In this document: positions 63,968 to 64,000 of the stretch, piece by piece | Layout of the letters: every line of letters begins with the position of its first letter | Numbering within the stretch: the first letter of the stretch is position 1 | DNA from: Octopus sinensis | Lineage: Eukaryota | Direction of reading: 5' to 3' | Assembly (NCBI RefSeq): GCF_006345805.1 | Contig: NC_043005.1 | Span: 77,128,001-77,192,000 of the forward strand | Length of the DNA: 64,000 nt | The notes under the pieces: generated by a model | The model's input: the letters and a program-made list of their open reading frames with translations, nothing else | Told to the model about the DNA's origin: nothing | Databases searched by the model: none | Position numbers and translations under genes: made by a program

Positions 63968-64000
<33 letters not shown>

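Overview
AT-rich, repeat-saturated eukaryotic DNA with very dense microsatellites. The SINE families and overall texture suggest an Octopus genome (my recognition, not a database result). No host protein-coding gene is convincingly supported, and almost all ORF-track entries are translated microsatellites. The only recognisable coding remnants are transposon-derived. They are a mariner transposase pseudogene (39.1-40.1 kb), a Penelope-like GIY-YIG endonuclease fragment (43.7-44.5 kb), a CR1/L2-group LINE reverse transcriptase with two in-frame stops (44.5-46.3 kb), and weaker hAT, piggyBac-like, RTE and L1-like fragments. Four working SINE families (labelled M, C, T, R here) recur throughout, and most SINE boundaries are approximate. 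The main structure not explained by these annotations is a set of minimal type I hammerhead ribozymes (HHRs) in three unrelated non-coding carriers. (1) An intact HHR lies in a 504-bp unit bounded by ~109-bp direct repeats (59.07-59.70 kb), which is retrozyme or Penelope pLTR-like. (2) A tRNA-headed SINE carries an HHR in its 3' tail and occurs twice as a head-to-head palindromic dimer (0.7-1.3 kb and 20.45-20.98 kb). (3) A diverged pair (4.3 kb and 24.3 kb) has a canonical consensus, and several more decayed motifs are scattered through the window. A ~6-copy array of a ~542-bp unit with a central inversion (40.1-43.5 kb) is also notable. One 100-N assembly gap is present.
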